A stretch of 64,000 nucleotides of DNA from a virus, in IMG/VR virus record IMGVR_UViG_3300009155_000038, one strand, 5' to 3'. The notes under the pieces were generated by a model, which was not told the origin of the DNA, searched no databases, and saw nothing but the letters and a program-made list of their open reading frames with translations. Made by a program: the position numbers and the translations under genes. Below, piece by piece: positions 15,836-24,600 of the stretch. Positions within the stretch are counted from its first letter, which is position 1, and every line of letters begins with the position of its first letter.

Positions 15836-17323
15836 TCAGTTCGCGGACGAACCGTTGACCATCCGGCGTCGGGTGGTCGGCTGCTGCACCGGCTTGCCGA
15901 CTCGGGTGTAAATACCCTTGTTGTCGGCAGACAGGCAACGACCTTCTGCCCAGTTGCGCAGATGCTCGATCTGCTCGGCCGATGTTACAGACACCGGCAC
16001 GACATTCTGGGCCGACTCGACGAGTGGGATTTCAAGCAGCGCTGCCAAGCGGCAGCACGACTTGATCTCGGCACCGGTCCAGTTGGAATCGTCGGGCTTG
16101 GCTTGGCCCTTGTCCAGACCAAAGTGGTCGAGATAGATATCCCAGATTGCCGCCCGCTGCTCGGCGGCCGGCAGATCTACGAAGAACACACCGTCGAAAC
16201 GCTCGGCGCGTGCGAACGGCGCCGGCAGCTGGCTGGCGTCATTGCAGGTGCCGATGAAGAACACGTCGCTGGTGTGGTCGTTGAGCCACGTCAGCAGCGT
16301 GCCGAACAGCCGGGCAGAGACGCCAGAGTCATTCGCGCCGCCGCTAGCGACGCCGGCCAGACCCTTCTCGATCTCGTCGACGAACAGCACGCATGGTGCC
16401 ATGGCGTCGACTTGCTTGAGAGCCCGGCGCATGTTGCCCTCGGACTCGCCCACGAACTTACCCATCAGGCTACCGAAGTCGAGCATGACGGTCGGACGCC
16501 CCACCTCGTTGCCCAGCGCCTTGGCGAACTGGGACTTGCCGCAGCCCGGAGGCGACAGCAGGAGCACGCCCTTGGGTCGCTTGTCGACGTTCGTCTCACC
16601 CTGTCGACGCATGGCGCGCAGGCAGAATTTCTTCAGGTTCTCAAGGCCGCCCAGATTCTCAAAGTCAGCGTCGCCACGATAAAGCGACAGCGTGCCGCTC
16701 TTCTCTAGCGTCTGTGCCTTGATCGTCCAGATCGTGTCGGCGGTGAGCTTCTTATTACGCACCAGCGACAGGGCGAACGCATCCTCGGCCTCCTGCCGTG
16801 TCAAACCCTTGGCGGCGTCGACCACGACCTGCACGTCTGCGTCAGCCGGTTTCTTGAACTCCGAGTCAGGCCCGAACAGCGTGCCGCACAGCGACGTCAG
16901 CTGCGCGCGGTCAGGCAGTTCATGGTGAATAACCGTGAACAGCTTCTCGACCTCGGGCTGGAGGGCGACCACCGGGGCCATGATAACAATATGCTGGCCC
17001 TTGCTCTTGCCCGTCACCAGCCGATTGGCCAGCGTCTGCAGCACCTGCGGATTGCCAAGGAACCGATGGAAATTCTTGAGCACAAAAATAGTCTGGCTTT
17101 TCTGCGGCGGCTGATCCAGATATTTCAGCGCCTCGACAGGACCGGGCGCCTTTACCGCGGCGGAATACAGCTCGCGGTCGATGTCCCATACATCAAAGCC
17201 CCAGTCCTTTTCGTCTGCAAGCTTGCGGATAGAGTCGATGGCGTCGTCACACTCCTGTGACTCAACCCAGATGCCGGAAAAGCCGGCGCAGACCAACTCC
17301 ATGATTTCTTTTTCGAGCGACAT
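15836..17323 (-). CDS. Ycf46-like AAA+ ATPase (degenerate N-terminal plus active C-terminal AAA domain)
   Basis: Walker A LLSPPGCGKS, Walker B VLFVDEIEKG, sensor TCN, arginine finger RAERFD; N-terminal VLKNFHRFL...IVIMAP typical of the Ycf46 clade. Confidence 0.9.
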   Translation of the reverse strand: MSLEKEIMELVCAGFSGIWVESQECDDAIDSIRKLADEKDWGFDVWDIDRELYSAAVKAPGPVEALKYLDQPPQKSQTIFVLKNFHRFLGNPQVLQTLANRLVTGKSKGQHIVIMAPVVALQPEVEKLFTVIHHELPDRAQLTSLCGTLFGPDSEFKKPADADVQVVVDAAKGLTRQEAEDAFALSLVRNKKLTADTIWTIKAQTLEKSGTLSLYRGDADFENLGGLENLKKFCLRAMRRQGETNVDKRPKGVLLLSPPGCGKSQFAKALGNEVGRPTVMLDFGSLMGKFVGESEGNMRRALKQVDAMAPCVLFVDEIEKGLAGVASGGANDSGVSARLFGTLLTWLNDHTSDVFFIGTCNDASQLPAPFARAERFDGVFFVDLPAAEQRAAIWDIYLDHFGLDKGQAKPDDSNWTGAEIKSCCRLAALLEIPLVESAQNVVPVSVTSAEQIEHLRNWAEGRCLSADNKGIYTRVGKPVQQPTTRRRMVNGSSAN

Positions 17324-17339
17324 GTGGTTCCTTTGTTAA

Positions 17340-17531
17340 TTAGTTTTCGATCTCGTTCGTCTGCTCGTTGCTAGCGGTGTAATATTCGCTAGTCATGGTG
17401 TCGCTCGTCTTGGCGCCAAGCGCCGCTTCCAGTGCGCGGGTTGCGTCCTGACACGAGCTGCCCGTGAAACCCTGAGTCTCAATCTTCGTTTCGCCCTTGG
17501 GCGAGATGGTGATCTGAATGGTCTTGCTCAT
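17340..17531 (-). CDS. DUF2997 family protein
   Basis: KTIQITISPKGETKIETQGFTGSSCQDATRALEAALG; start re-called at ATG 17531. Confidence 0.85.
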   Translation of the reverse strand: MSKTIQITISPKGETKIETQGFTGSSCQDATRALEAALGAKTSDTMTSEYYTASNEQTNEIEN

Positions 17532-17536
17532 GTGTA

Positions 17537-17899
17537 TCAACCCTCCACATTTATGTTAAGCTTGATCGAACCGTCTTCCAGAATCTGCTCGTATACCGAA
17601 TAGCCGCCCTTCTGGGCTTCATGAATCGCCTTCTCGACGGCATACGCCTGCAGGAACTTGTCGAGTTCCTTCTGGTCGCCCCAGTGGCCGTTGTAGTTGT
17701 CGAAATCGACGGCGCCGGTTTCGAGGTTGCAGACAACCGGATAGTTCCAGCCGGGGAGCTTCACGCCCAGACCGGTACGCTGGACCACGTAGACACCGAA
17801 CGTGTCCATGGTGGGCTGCTCCAGCCCAAGCCGGCGGCATGCTGCCGCCACGGCTTCAGCGTCACGAACTTCTGTCTTGATTTGTGCAATATGTGACAT
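17537..17899 (-). CDS. DUF1257 (Ycf35-like) family protein
   Basis: MSHIAQIKTEVRD.EA..AAC.RLG...DNYNGHWG....LDKFLQAYAVEKA..EA.K.GY. Confidence 0.85.
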   Translation of the reverse strand: MSHIAQIKTEVRDAEAVAAACRRLGLEQPTMDTFGVYVVQRTGLGVKLPGWNYPVVCNLETGAVDFDNYNGHWGDQKELDKFLQAYAVEKAIHEAQKGGYSVYEQILEDGSIKLNINVEG

Positions 17900-17901
17900 T
17901 G

Positions 17902-18216
17902 TTACCTTCTTTTTGTTCTAAAGGGATCTTGAAGCCCAAAAACGATAGTGCATTCAAACTCTTCTGGCGTGATGTAATCGTTGTTAGTAAAACACTGCAA
18001 AACATCTACGGCTGTTGCGCGGTTATAAGCGACTTTAAATTGTTTCGGCCCGGCAGGTGTGTCCAGCCGATACTCAGTAATATCGTGGAGCGTAACCACT
18101 TCCGGGATAGCAATAACGTCTGCATACTCTGCGCTCAGCTCTTTTATTTTGTCGAGCGCTGTCAAGATGCGTTCTTTGTCAGCTGCGTGTTCGTCATCGG
18201 TGTACTTCATGAGCAC
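17902..18216 (-). CDS. Hypothetical protein
   Basis: 104 aa, packed. Confidence 0.55.
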   Translation of the reverse strand: MLMKYTDDEHAADKERILTALDKIKELSAEYADVIAIPEVVTLHDITEYRLDTPAGPKQFKVAYNRATAVDVLQCFTNNDYITPEEFECTIVFGLQDPFRTKRR

Positions 18217-18491
18217 CCTATAACTAGTGCAGTTGTTTCAACCCAGACATGTGCGCCGCAACTCAGCGGCTTGTCTGGCGAGTAAAAAACTTTTGACGGA
18301 CCACGAATTTCAACTGTGCCGCAGCGGTATGACTTGTTGCGCCACTGAATAGTTGTGACTGCTTCTTTGGCGCCCGTCTTTTTGTTGCTGCGAATGATGT
18401 GCTGATTAACGTGAATTCGTTTGATAGTGCCGGCCGGGAAAACGCGGTTACACGCTTCCGCCGACCCGGTGGGGCATACGGCTGTCGCCAT
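18207..18491 (-). CDS. Conserved small phage protein
   Basis: IKRIHVNQHIIRSNKKTG...VEIRGPSKVFYSPDKPLSCGAHVWVET is widespread in large phages; AGGAG upstream. Confidence 0.75.
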   Translation of the reverse strand: MATAVCPTGSAEACNRVFPAGTIKRIHVNQHIIRSNKKTGAKEAVTTIQWRNKSYRCGTVEIRGPSKVFYSPDKPLSCGAHVWVETTALVIGCS

Positions 18492-18503
18492 GGGAACTCC
18501 TAA

Positions 18504-18637
18504 GCAATTCCAGCTGGAATTGCGGGCTATCGGACAGCGTGTCCGACGCGATAAAGATATCCGGCCCGCCGCCGCCCTTGGGGTATGCTTGCCGCTTTAT
18601 CAGTGCGGGGCAAGACCAAGGGCGGCGAGCGAGTGGA
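18504..18637. ncRNA. Candidate structured intergenic element (palindrome, short hairpin, long irregular hairpin)
   Basis: Perfect 20-nt palindrome GCAATTCCAGCTGGAATTGC (18504-18523); TCGGACA/TGTCCGA (18530-18546); CGCCGCCCTTGG/CCAAGGGCGGCG (18570-18627) enclosing CTTGCC/GGCAAG. Confidence 0.4.
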
Positions 18638-18653
18638 CACGTGGGTACTACGC

Positions 18654-19505
18654 TCAGTGCGCCATCATGGCGCCGAGCTGCTTATGGGCCGACAGGATCT
18701 CGCCTGCCGAGTCATAGCAGCCGCCGCAGGCCGCGAGGAACGCGGAAGCGGCCTTCAACTGATCCATGGGCAGCGCGGACACAGTGCCGGTTGCCGGACG
18801 GGCCTTGGGCGCAACACGCTGCGTCTCCGCCGTGGTCTTCTTGACCTTGTTGGCTACGCGGCTCTTGTCCTCGCCCGCAGCGACGAGCTTCTTGCCGCCG
18901 CGCGAGGCGCCGCCCAAACCGGCCTTCTTCAACAGCTGGCTTACTTGCGCCGGGCTGACTTCGATCTTCCGCTTGGCAAGGGCGGCGACAATATCGACAC
19001 CACGAACGGAATCGCCAGAGGCCTTCCGCTTTGCAATCTCGTCACGGATGTGGTCAGCGCCGCTTTTCTTCTCGGACATGTTGGATACCTTCTTTTTTGC
19101 GCCAGCGGTTACGGGAGCTGGCGCGGAATCTTCGTCTTCAGCCACTTCGGCTTCGACTTCACCGTCTTCGGCAACGTCGCCGTCTTCGGGTGCGTAACCA
19201 TCAACTTCTTCTTCGGCGTCTTCTTCGTCATCAGCTTCTTCAGCTTCATCTTCGAGATACGCTTCGTCATCACCATCTTCTTCCAGAAGTTCAGTTCCGT
19301 CTTCGGCAACTACTTCTGACTCTTCAAGCTCAGCATCGACGTCCGAGTCGGTATCGTCATCTTCGTCGGCCAACATCCGTTTTGTCCTTTCTTCCTTCTT
19401 CGCTTCTTTTACTGGGGCTGGTTTGCTGCCGCTCAGATTGGGCAGCGGTTTTCCCCACAAGTTTGCAGGGCTGATGAATCCACCAACCTCTGTCTTCTTT
19501 GCCAT
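18654..19505 (-). CDS. Bipartite protein: long acidic disordered tract plus basic HTH-like C-terminal domain
   Basis: D/E-rich middle; KSGADHIRDEIAKRKASGDSVRGVDIVAALAKRKIEVSPAQVSQLLKK; AGGAGG upstream; internal ATG at about 19079. Confidence 0.75.
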   Translation of the reverse strand: MAKKTEVGGFISPANLWGKPLPNLSGSKPAPVKEAKKEERTKRMLADEDDDTDSDVDAELEESEVVAEDGTELLEEDGDDEAYLEDEAEEADDEEDAEEEVDGYAPEDGDVAEDGEVEAEVAEDEDSAPAPVTAGAKKKVSNMSEKKSGADHIRDEIAKRKASGDSVRGVDIVAALAKRKIEVSPAQVSQLLKKAGLGGASRGGKKLVAAGEDKSRVANKVKKTTAETQRVAPKARPATGTVSALPMDQLKAASAFLAACGGCYDSAGEILSAHKQLGAMMAH

Positions 19506-19552
19506 ACGTTCCTCCTGCTGTGCCGGCGGCTAATTCCGTGCCGGCTAACTTT

Positions 19553-19580
19553 ACGATACGCGCCTGAAAACAAAAATCAA
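19553..19580 (-). promoter_or_regulatory. Possible sigma70-like promoter TTGATT-N16-TATCGT
   Basis: Hexamers in intergenic gap upstream of 19505. Confidence 0.35.
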
Positions 19581-19599
19581 CCGCCTAGCAAAATATTCG

Positions 19600-19935
19600 C
19601 TAAGGGTGTGTTTTTGACGCTCTAAAATAGAAATAGAGCCGCGGCTCATCATTGAACAAGACTGTGCCACGAAAGCTGGTTATCTTGTCAATTACGTGCA
19701 CGTAGGGCGGTTCAAAGTGCGATACCTCGAAATGCTGCAACAGCTCTTCGCTATTCCAGACGCGACCTTCGCCGTAGTAGTCTTCGAGGATGGCGCGCAA
19801 TTCACCGCTGTCAAGATGCGCAAATTGATTTTTGAATATTTGCGCAACGATGTCATGCGGTGGATTGATATCAAATCCCGTTGTGGGGATCTCGGCGTTA
19901 TTCTGACTCATTGCTGCTGGTTGGATTAGGTGCAA
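19600..19935 (-). CDS. Hypothetical protein
   Basis: 111 aa; start uncertain. Confidence 0.6.
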   Translation of the reverse strand: MHLIQPAAMSQNNAEIPTTGFDINPPHDIVAQIFKNQFAHLDSGELRAILEDYYGEGRVWNSEELLQHFEVSHFEPPYVHVIDKITSFRGTVLFNDEPRLYFYFRASKTHP

Positions 19936-20296
19936 GTTTGTTGAGTTCTTCTAGTTGTGTTTGTACTTGCGCGGATATTTGTGCAGCGTAGCGCTCATAG
20001 GCGCCAAGCTGTCCAACCAAATCGCGGTGGATGTCGACATTAAAAACTGCAAGCCGTTTGAGCGTTGCCAGCAGACTTGCAACATACGGCGGCTGTTGAT
20101 TTTTCAAATGCAGCAAACCGGCCGGCATGTTCTCTGGCTGGTTTTCCCAGATCGGAACAATTGCGATGCCGTGCAACTCGGGCACCGCGGTTATGATATT
20201 ACTGCAGAAATCTTCGACATGTTTGACGAATTCTGCGTCAAACGGCAAGCGGGTTGGATTACTTGTCTGATTCTCGGGTTGCTGAGCCGCTTCCAT
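19898..20296 (-). CDS. Hypothetical protein with C-terminal coiled coil
   Basis: Start re-called at MEAAQQ (20296). Confidence 0.6.
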   Translation of the reverse strand: MEAAQQPENQTSNPTRLPFDAEFVKHVEDFCSNIITAVPELHGIAIVPIWENQPENMPAGLLHLKNQQPPYVASLLATLKRLAVFNVDIHRDLVGQLGAYERYAAQISAQVQTQLEELNKLAPNPTSSNESE

Positions 20297-20663
20297 GCAA
20301 AAAATCTCCAAAAAGATCGGGGCTGTACTTTGCTGCCTCGGGGAGTAGGCTGTCAATAATGTTCCCCAGCCGCGTCGCGGCGAGGCTGTAGATTACCACT
20401 CGCACGATTACGTGCAAGATGCCGCCGCACCAATTGCCCGCTACCAACAGCAGGAACAGATACAGCGGGACGTGATAGGACTTGCAGAACGGGCAATTGA
20501 TCAGCTCTAGCAGCCGACCTTTGACCGATTCTCGCGGCGTAACGTCCTGCAGCGCTTGCGCGTACGCCCGCGCCGTATCGAAGAGCGAGCCCTTGTGCCA
20601 GACTTCAATGACGGCACCGGCTGCAAAAACTACTGCAAAAAAATCAAACGGCGTTAGATCCAT
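20259..20663 (-). CDS. Membrane protein with CPFC motif (DUF1360-like)
   Basis: Hydrophobic segments flanking LLELINCPFCKSYH; start re-called at 20663. Confidence 0.65.
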   Translation of the reverse strand: MDLTPFDFFAVVFAAGAVIEVWHKGSLFDTARAYAQALQDVTPRESVKGRLLELINCPFCKSYHVPLYLFLLLVAGNWCGGILHVIVRVVIYSLAATRLGNIIDSLLPEAAKYSPDLFGDFLHGSGSATRESDK

Positions 20664-20847
20664 GTTGCTTCCGTGCTTTCGATTTAGGTGCTGCTGTGTA
20701 ACCGCGCATGAAACATGCGCCAGTGTATATTGCTGCACCTGCTGCGAAAAGCCCGATCACGCCTAGTTCTGGCAGCGCCACCAATCCGCCTAAAAGCAGA
20801 ATGGCCGCGTAGCCGCTAAACGTGTCGTTCGGGTTTGGTTTTGCCAT
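20644..20847 (-). CDS. Small membrane protein (two TM segments)
   Basis: Two hydrophobic stretches and a basic tail. Confidence 0.55.
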   Translation of the reverse strand: MAKPNPNDTFSGYAAILLLGGLVALPELGVIGLFAAGAAIYTGACFMRGYTAAPKSKARKQHGSNAV

Positions 20848-20853
20848 GTTCGC

Positions 20854-21078
20854 CTACGAGCTGTAATTGTCGCCATACGGCCACACCTCGGTGCGTGTTG
20901 TGTCTGGGACATTGGGGTTATTTAAGAAACTGGGTAGCGGGAGCGGCGGTTCAAGTTTAAGATGATTGACCGCGTTGTCCGGCAGGTAAATTTGCGGTCC
21001 GGGGCCTCGGCGTGTACCTTCGACGTACAATTGGCGCCGTTCTTGATAAAGTTTCGCGGAACGTCCAACAGTGGCCAT
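20854..21078 (-). CDS. Hypothetical protein
   Basis: Start re-called at MATVGRS; GAGGG upstream. Confidence 0.55.
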   Translation of the reverse strand: MATVGRSAKLYQERRQLYVEGTRRGPGPQIYLPDNAVNHLKLEPPLPLPSFLNNPNVPDTTRTEVWPYGDNYSS

Positions 21079-21137
21079 GTTTAGTCCCTCTTGGCGGTGT
21101 GGCGGGTCACCGTTTAGTATACCCGTCACCTTGCCGC

Positions 21138-21308
21138 TTACTTTCTGGTTTTTTCTTTGATGGTTGCCGCGGTTACCGCAAACAGGCTACCGAGCACGTA
21201 CGACAGGCCTTTCAGCCCTTCTACAAATACTTGCCCAGTGTAGTTTACGCTATCCTCGACCCATTGAAATTCCCAGTTGTTGTTATCGTCATTGTTATAG
21301 TGGTTCAT
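21138..21308 (-). CDS. Small hypothetical protein
   Basis: MNHYNNDD... ATG at 21308 shares CATG with the terminase ATG; alternative GTG start at 21350. Confidence 0.4.
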   Translation of the reverse strand: MNHYNNDDNNNWEFQWVEDSVNYTGQVFVEGLKGLSYVLGSLFAVTAATIKEKTRK

Positions 21309-23220
21309 GATCAAACCTAATAAAGCTGATAAGGCGACGAATATACCCACAGCGGGTATACGGTCGCTTATGGATGACCTACTGTCTATCGACGTTACTG
21401 ATCAAGCGTCGGTGCATGCCAGAGCTGCGGTACTCAAAGAGCTAGCGGGGCGGCACGCGTTCCCGTCCCTTGAGCCTTTGTTACCGCTCGTTCTGAACCT
21501 CAACGGTAAGCCTTACACCATAAAAGATCACTTCGCTTTTTCCCCCCTTTTTAGGGTATTAACACCCAAGAATCAGGTGTGGTGTACGGGCCGTCAGGTA
21601 TCGAAGTCAACATCGCTTGCGGCGCATGGTGTTGTATTTTCTAACGCGGTGCCATTCTTTAAAACACTGTATATCACTCCTCGGTTTGAGCAGGTTCGAA
21701 GGTTTAGTAACAACTACGTTCGTCCGTTCGTTGACCTGTCTCCAATCAAATCGCAGTGGAGCGGTACGAGTACGGAGAATTCTGTATTGCAGCGTTCGTT
21801 CAAGAACAACTCGATGATGTTGTTCAGCTTTGCGCTGCTCGATGCTGATAGAGTCCGCGGTGTGTCTGCTGACCGCGTGTGCATCGACGAAGTTCAGGAC
21901 ATGGACCCAGACCATGTACCTATCATTCAAGAAACAATGTCGTATAGTCGTTGGGGGACCAGCTATTACACGGGGACGCCAAAAACTTTAGACAACTTAA
22001 TTTACGGATTATACAAACGCTCCTCGCAGGCTGAGTGGTTTATACCGTGTGAGTCTTGCAAGCACTGGAACATTCCAGCGCTGGAGCATGATCTTGACGC
22101 CATGATCGGTGACTACAACATTCACATCAGCGAGAAACAACCGGGCACGGTCTGTGCGAAATGCCGCAAACCAGTTAACCCTAGGCACGGGCGCTGGGTA
22201 CACAGATTCCCCGAGCGCCGTTGGCAATTTGCTGGTTATCACGTTCCGCAGATTATTCTGCCGCTGCATTTTGCCGACCCGGAAAAGTGGTCGACTTTGT
22301 TATTAAAACGGGAGGGCTATGGAAACATGACCCAAGCCCAGTTCTATAACGAAGTCATGGGCGAAAGCGTCGACACCGGGCAAAAGCTCATCAGCGAAAC
22401 AGATTTGAAGGCTGCGTGTTTACTTGACTGGGAAAACAAGAAAGAACCTGAGCCGGCGTGTTTCAAAAACTTAAGCGACTACAAACATCGCATACTGGCG
22501 ATTGACTGGGGCGGCGGCGGTGAAGCAGGTATCAGCTTTACCGTATTGTCTGTCATGGGCTTTCGACCAGACGGCACAATTGATGTTATCTGGGCCAAAC
22601 GTTTGCTCATTGGCGGCGACCATCTTGCGGAAGCCGTCGAGTGCATGAAGTGGTCCAACTTGTTCAAGTGCGACTTCGTAGCCCATGACTATACCGGCGC
22701 CGGCACCGTGCGTGAGACAGTTATGGTTCAAGCCGGGTTTAACCTTGACCGTGTAATGGCCATGCGGTTAGTTCGCTCGGCCGCGCAGGACTTGTTGGTG
22801 TACAAGCCGCCGACCGAGATTAACCACAGAGCGCACTACAGTCTTGATAAGACCAGATCGCTTTTGTATACGTGCCAAGCTATCAAGCTGAAGCAGGTCC
22901 GGTTTTTCCAGTACGATCGTATCTCGCAGGAAATGCCGGGCCTGATCTCTGACTTCTTGGCGCTGGTCGAAAACAAGGCCGACTCACGCACGAGTAGTGA
23001 TATCTATACCATTACCCGGAATGTGCTTCTGACCGACGACTTTGCGCAGGCCGTGAATCTGGGCTGCGCTGCCCTCTGGCATATCAACGACGCGTGGCCC
23101 AACTTCGCCGCTATTGCTGGCGTTGCCCGAATAACCGAACGGCAAGCTGCGGCAGAACGCATTGATGACGACGATTGGGCTGACGACGCCATCGGCAACA
23201 ATTTCTTTGGCGGTTACTAG
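21307..23220 (+). CDS. terL: Terminase large subunit (GpA-like)
   Basis: Walker A-like GRQVSKST, coupling region ITPRFEQVRRFS, Walker B VCIDEVQD, motif III TGTPKT, Zn-knuckles CESCKHW and CAKCRKP, RNase H-like LAIDWGGG and terminal DDFAQA. Confidence 0.88.
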   Translation: MIKPNKADKATNIPTAGIRSLMDDLLSIDVTDQASVHARAAVLKELAGRHAFPSLEPLLPLVLNLNGKPYTIKDHFAFSPLFRVLTPKNQVWCTGRQVSKSTSLAAHGVVFSNAVPFFKTLYITPRFEQVRRFSNNYVRPFVDLSPIKSQWSGTSTENSVLQRSFKNNSMMLFSFALLDADRVRGVSADRVCIDEVQDMDPDHVPIIQETMSYSRWGTSYYTGTPKTLDNLIYGLYKRSSQAEWFIPCESCKHWNIPALEHDLDAMIGDYNIHISEKQPGTVCAKCRKPVNPRHGRWVHRFPERRWQFAGYHVPQIILPLHFADPEKWSTLLLKREGYGNMTQAQFYNEVMGESVDTGQKLISETDLKAACLLDWENKKEPEPACFKNLSDYKHRILAIDWGGGGEAGISFTVLSVMGFRPDGTIDVIWAKRLLIGGDHLAEAVECMKWSNLFKCDFVAHDYTGAGTVRETVMVQAGFNLDRVMAMRLVRSAAQDLLVYKPPTEINHRAHYSLDKTRSLLYTCQAIKLKQVRFFQYDRISQEMPGLISDFLALVENKADSRTSSDIYTITRNVLLTDDFAQAVNLGCAALWHINDAWPNFAAIAGVARITERQAAAERIDDDDWADDAIGNNFFGGY

Positions 23221-23549
23221 TAGATCCGCCAACAGACTTCGCGCAGATACTCTTTGACCAGCTCCAGATCTCTGACGGGCGTGGCTTCGATATTCTGCAC
23301 GACGATTAGCGCGGCGTCATGAAGCGCCTGTGCCGCTTCTGTGCAGTCCATGCTCTGCGTGTACAGCTGCCAAGTGGTACCAGTCTTCGGAACATAAGGC
23401 CCTTTACCGTGAACCGCGGCGTCGATTAACTCCTGAAATACGGAGTCTGGTTCAGTGTCGTTTGCGCCGAACTCCCGGTACTTGCTCTGCGTCTTTTCAA
23501 ACTCTTTGATCAACGCTTTGATTGCTTCCAGTGGGACGTTCATTGTCAT
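23217..23549 (-). CDS. Hypothetical protein
   Basis: Stop shares CTAG with the terminase stop. Confidence 0.65.
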   Translation of the reverse strand: MTMNVPLEAIKALIKEFEKTQSKYREFGANDTEPDSVFQELIDAAVHGKGPYVPKTGTTWQLYTQSMDCTEAAQALHDAALIVVQNIEATPVRDLELVKEYLREVCWRIY

Positions 23550-23566
23550 TGGCGTTTACTACCTTG

Positions 23567-24007
23567 CTAGTTATTAGACGGCTCAGTGCGCTTGTTTTTG
23601 TGCGCCAGCGCCTCTTCGCGACCCTTCTCGGTTACAGAGAAAGTGAAATCATTCGCTTCTCCATCAAACGCGCATTCTAAATACCCCAGCTTTACGCCAA
23701 GCTGCACTACGTTGGATTCAATACGGGTCATCAGCGCCTTGAACATCTTGCGCATCTGATTATTGAACTCTTCTTCTGTCTCGCCACCGATGGCGTAAAA
23801 CCCGTTACCATTCAGCGCGCTGTGTTCTTTGACGATGGCTTCCGTCTCGTCAAGTGACAGAAAAACGTGCTGCTCTTCTGAGATCTCTTTGGGTATACAG
23901 TAGTTCATCTCAGCCACAGTCTTTGCGAATAGCGTCAGCGCATAGTCACGTAACATAGTGATAGTGCCGCCCATGATCTTGCTGTCTTCATTTTCTTCGT
24001 TAGACAT
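23567..24007 (-). CDS. Hypothetical protein
   Basis: Start re-called at MSNEENE with AGGAG upstream. Confidence 0.65.
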   Translation of the reverse strand: MSNEENEDSKIMGGTITMLRDYALTLFAKTVAEMNYCIPKEISEEQHVFLSLDETEAIVKEHSALNGNGFYAIGGETEEEFNNQMRKMFKALMTRIESNVVQLGVKLGYLECAFDGEANDFTFSVTEKGREEALAHKNKRTEPSNN

Positions 24008-24314
24008 TGAGGTTCTCCTGAAGTCGTGCAGCGGCAACGACGGCGTCATACCGCCCCTTGGCAATGATACGTTCGCGAGCAGCCTCGCGCAGCTTTTTCA
24101 GATGGTCTGCGTAGACATCGTCGGTATTCACCATCGCTTCGGCGCTGGAGAAGCTGTGGGGCTTCCCGGTCAGCTTGTTGTCGCCGCTACCCATGATGTG
24201 CTCGACGGCGTTCAGCTTGACGACGTGCCGGTTGTCTTCCAGCTCCATCTCGCGGGTTACAGCGTCAGCCAGAGCGACTGCAGCCTGTTCGATCTTGTTT
24301 GCGTAATTACTCAT
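24000..24314 (-). CDS. Hypothetical helical protein
   Basis: Start re-called at MSNYANK with GAGGAG upstream. Confidence 0.65.
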   Translation of the reverse strand: MSNYANKIEQAAVALADAVTREMELEDNRHVVKLNAVEHIMGSGDNKLTGKPHSFSSAEAMVNTDDVYADHLKKLREAARERIIAKGRYDAVVAAARLQENLNV

Positions 24315-24600
24315 CGGTTTTCTCCTCAAGGTCGTATTTGCGGGCTATTTCTGTAACAACTTGTTCTATATCGGAAACCGCCGTGTCAAAGCGGCGGATT
24401 ACTTCGTCAGGATCGTCGGACTCGTCCTCTGCTTCAAATAACAAAAAGGCGAACAGCGTATCGCCGCAAGCGAGAACGCCTTTGTTGCCGCCCATTCGTT
24501 TTTTATAGGCGGCAAAGGTTTCGTTTTCTTCGGGCGGTTCCAACGCGAGCAGGTCTGACCCGGGATACGCGTCATAGATATCTTTAGGTGTGACGTTCAT
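24307..24600 (-). CDS. Hypothetical protein
   Basis: 97 aa, coupled overlaps. Confidence 0.6.
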   Translation of the reverse strand: MNVTPKDIYDAYPGSDLLALEPPEENETFAAYKKRMGGNKGVLACGDTLFAFLLFEAEDESDDPDEVIRRFDTAVSDIEQVVTEIARKYDLEEKTDE

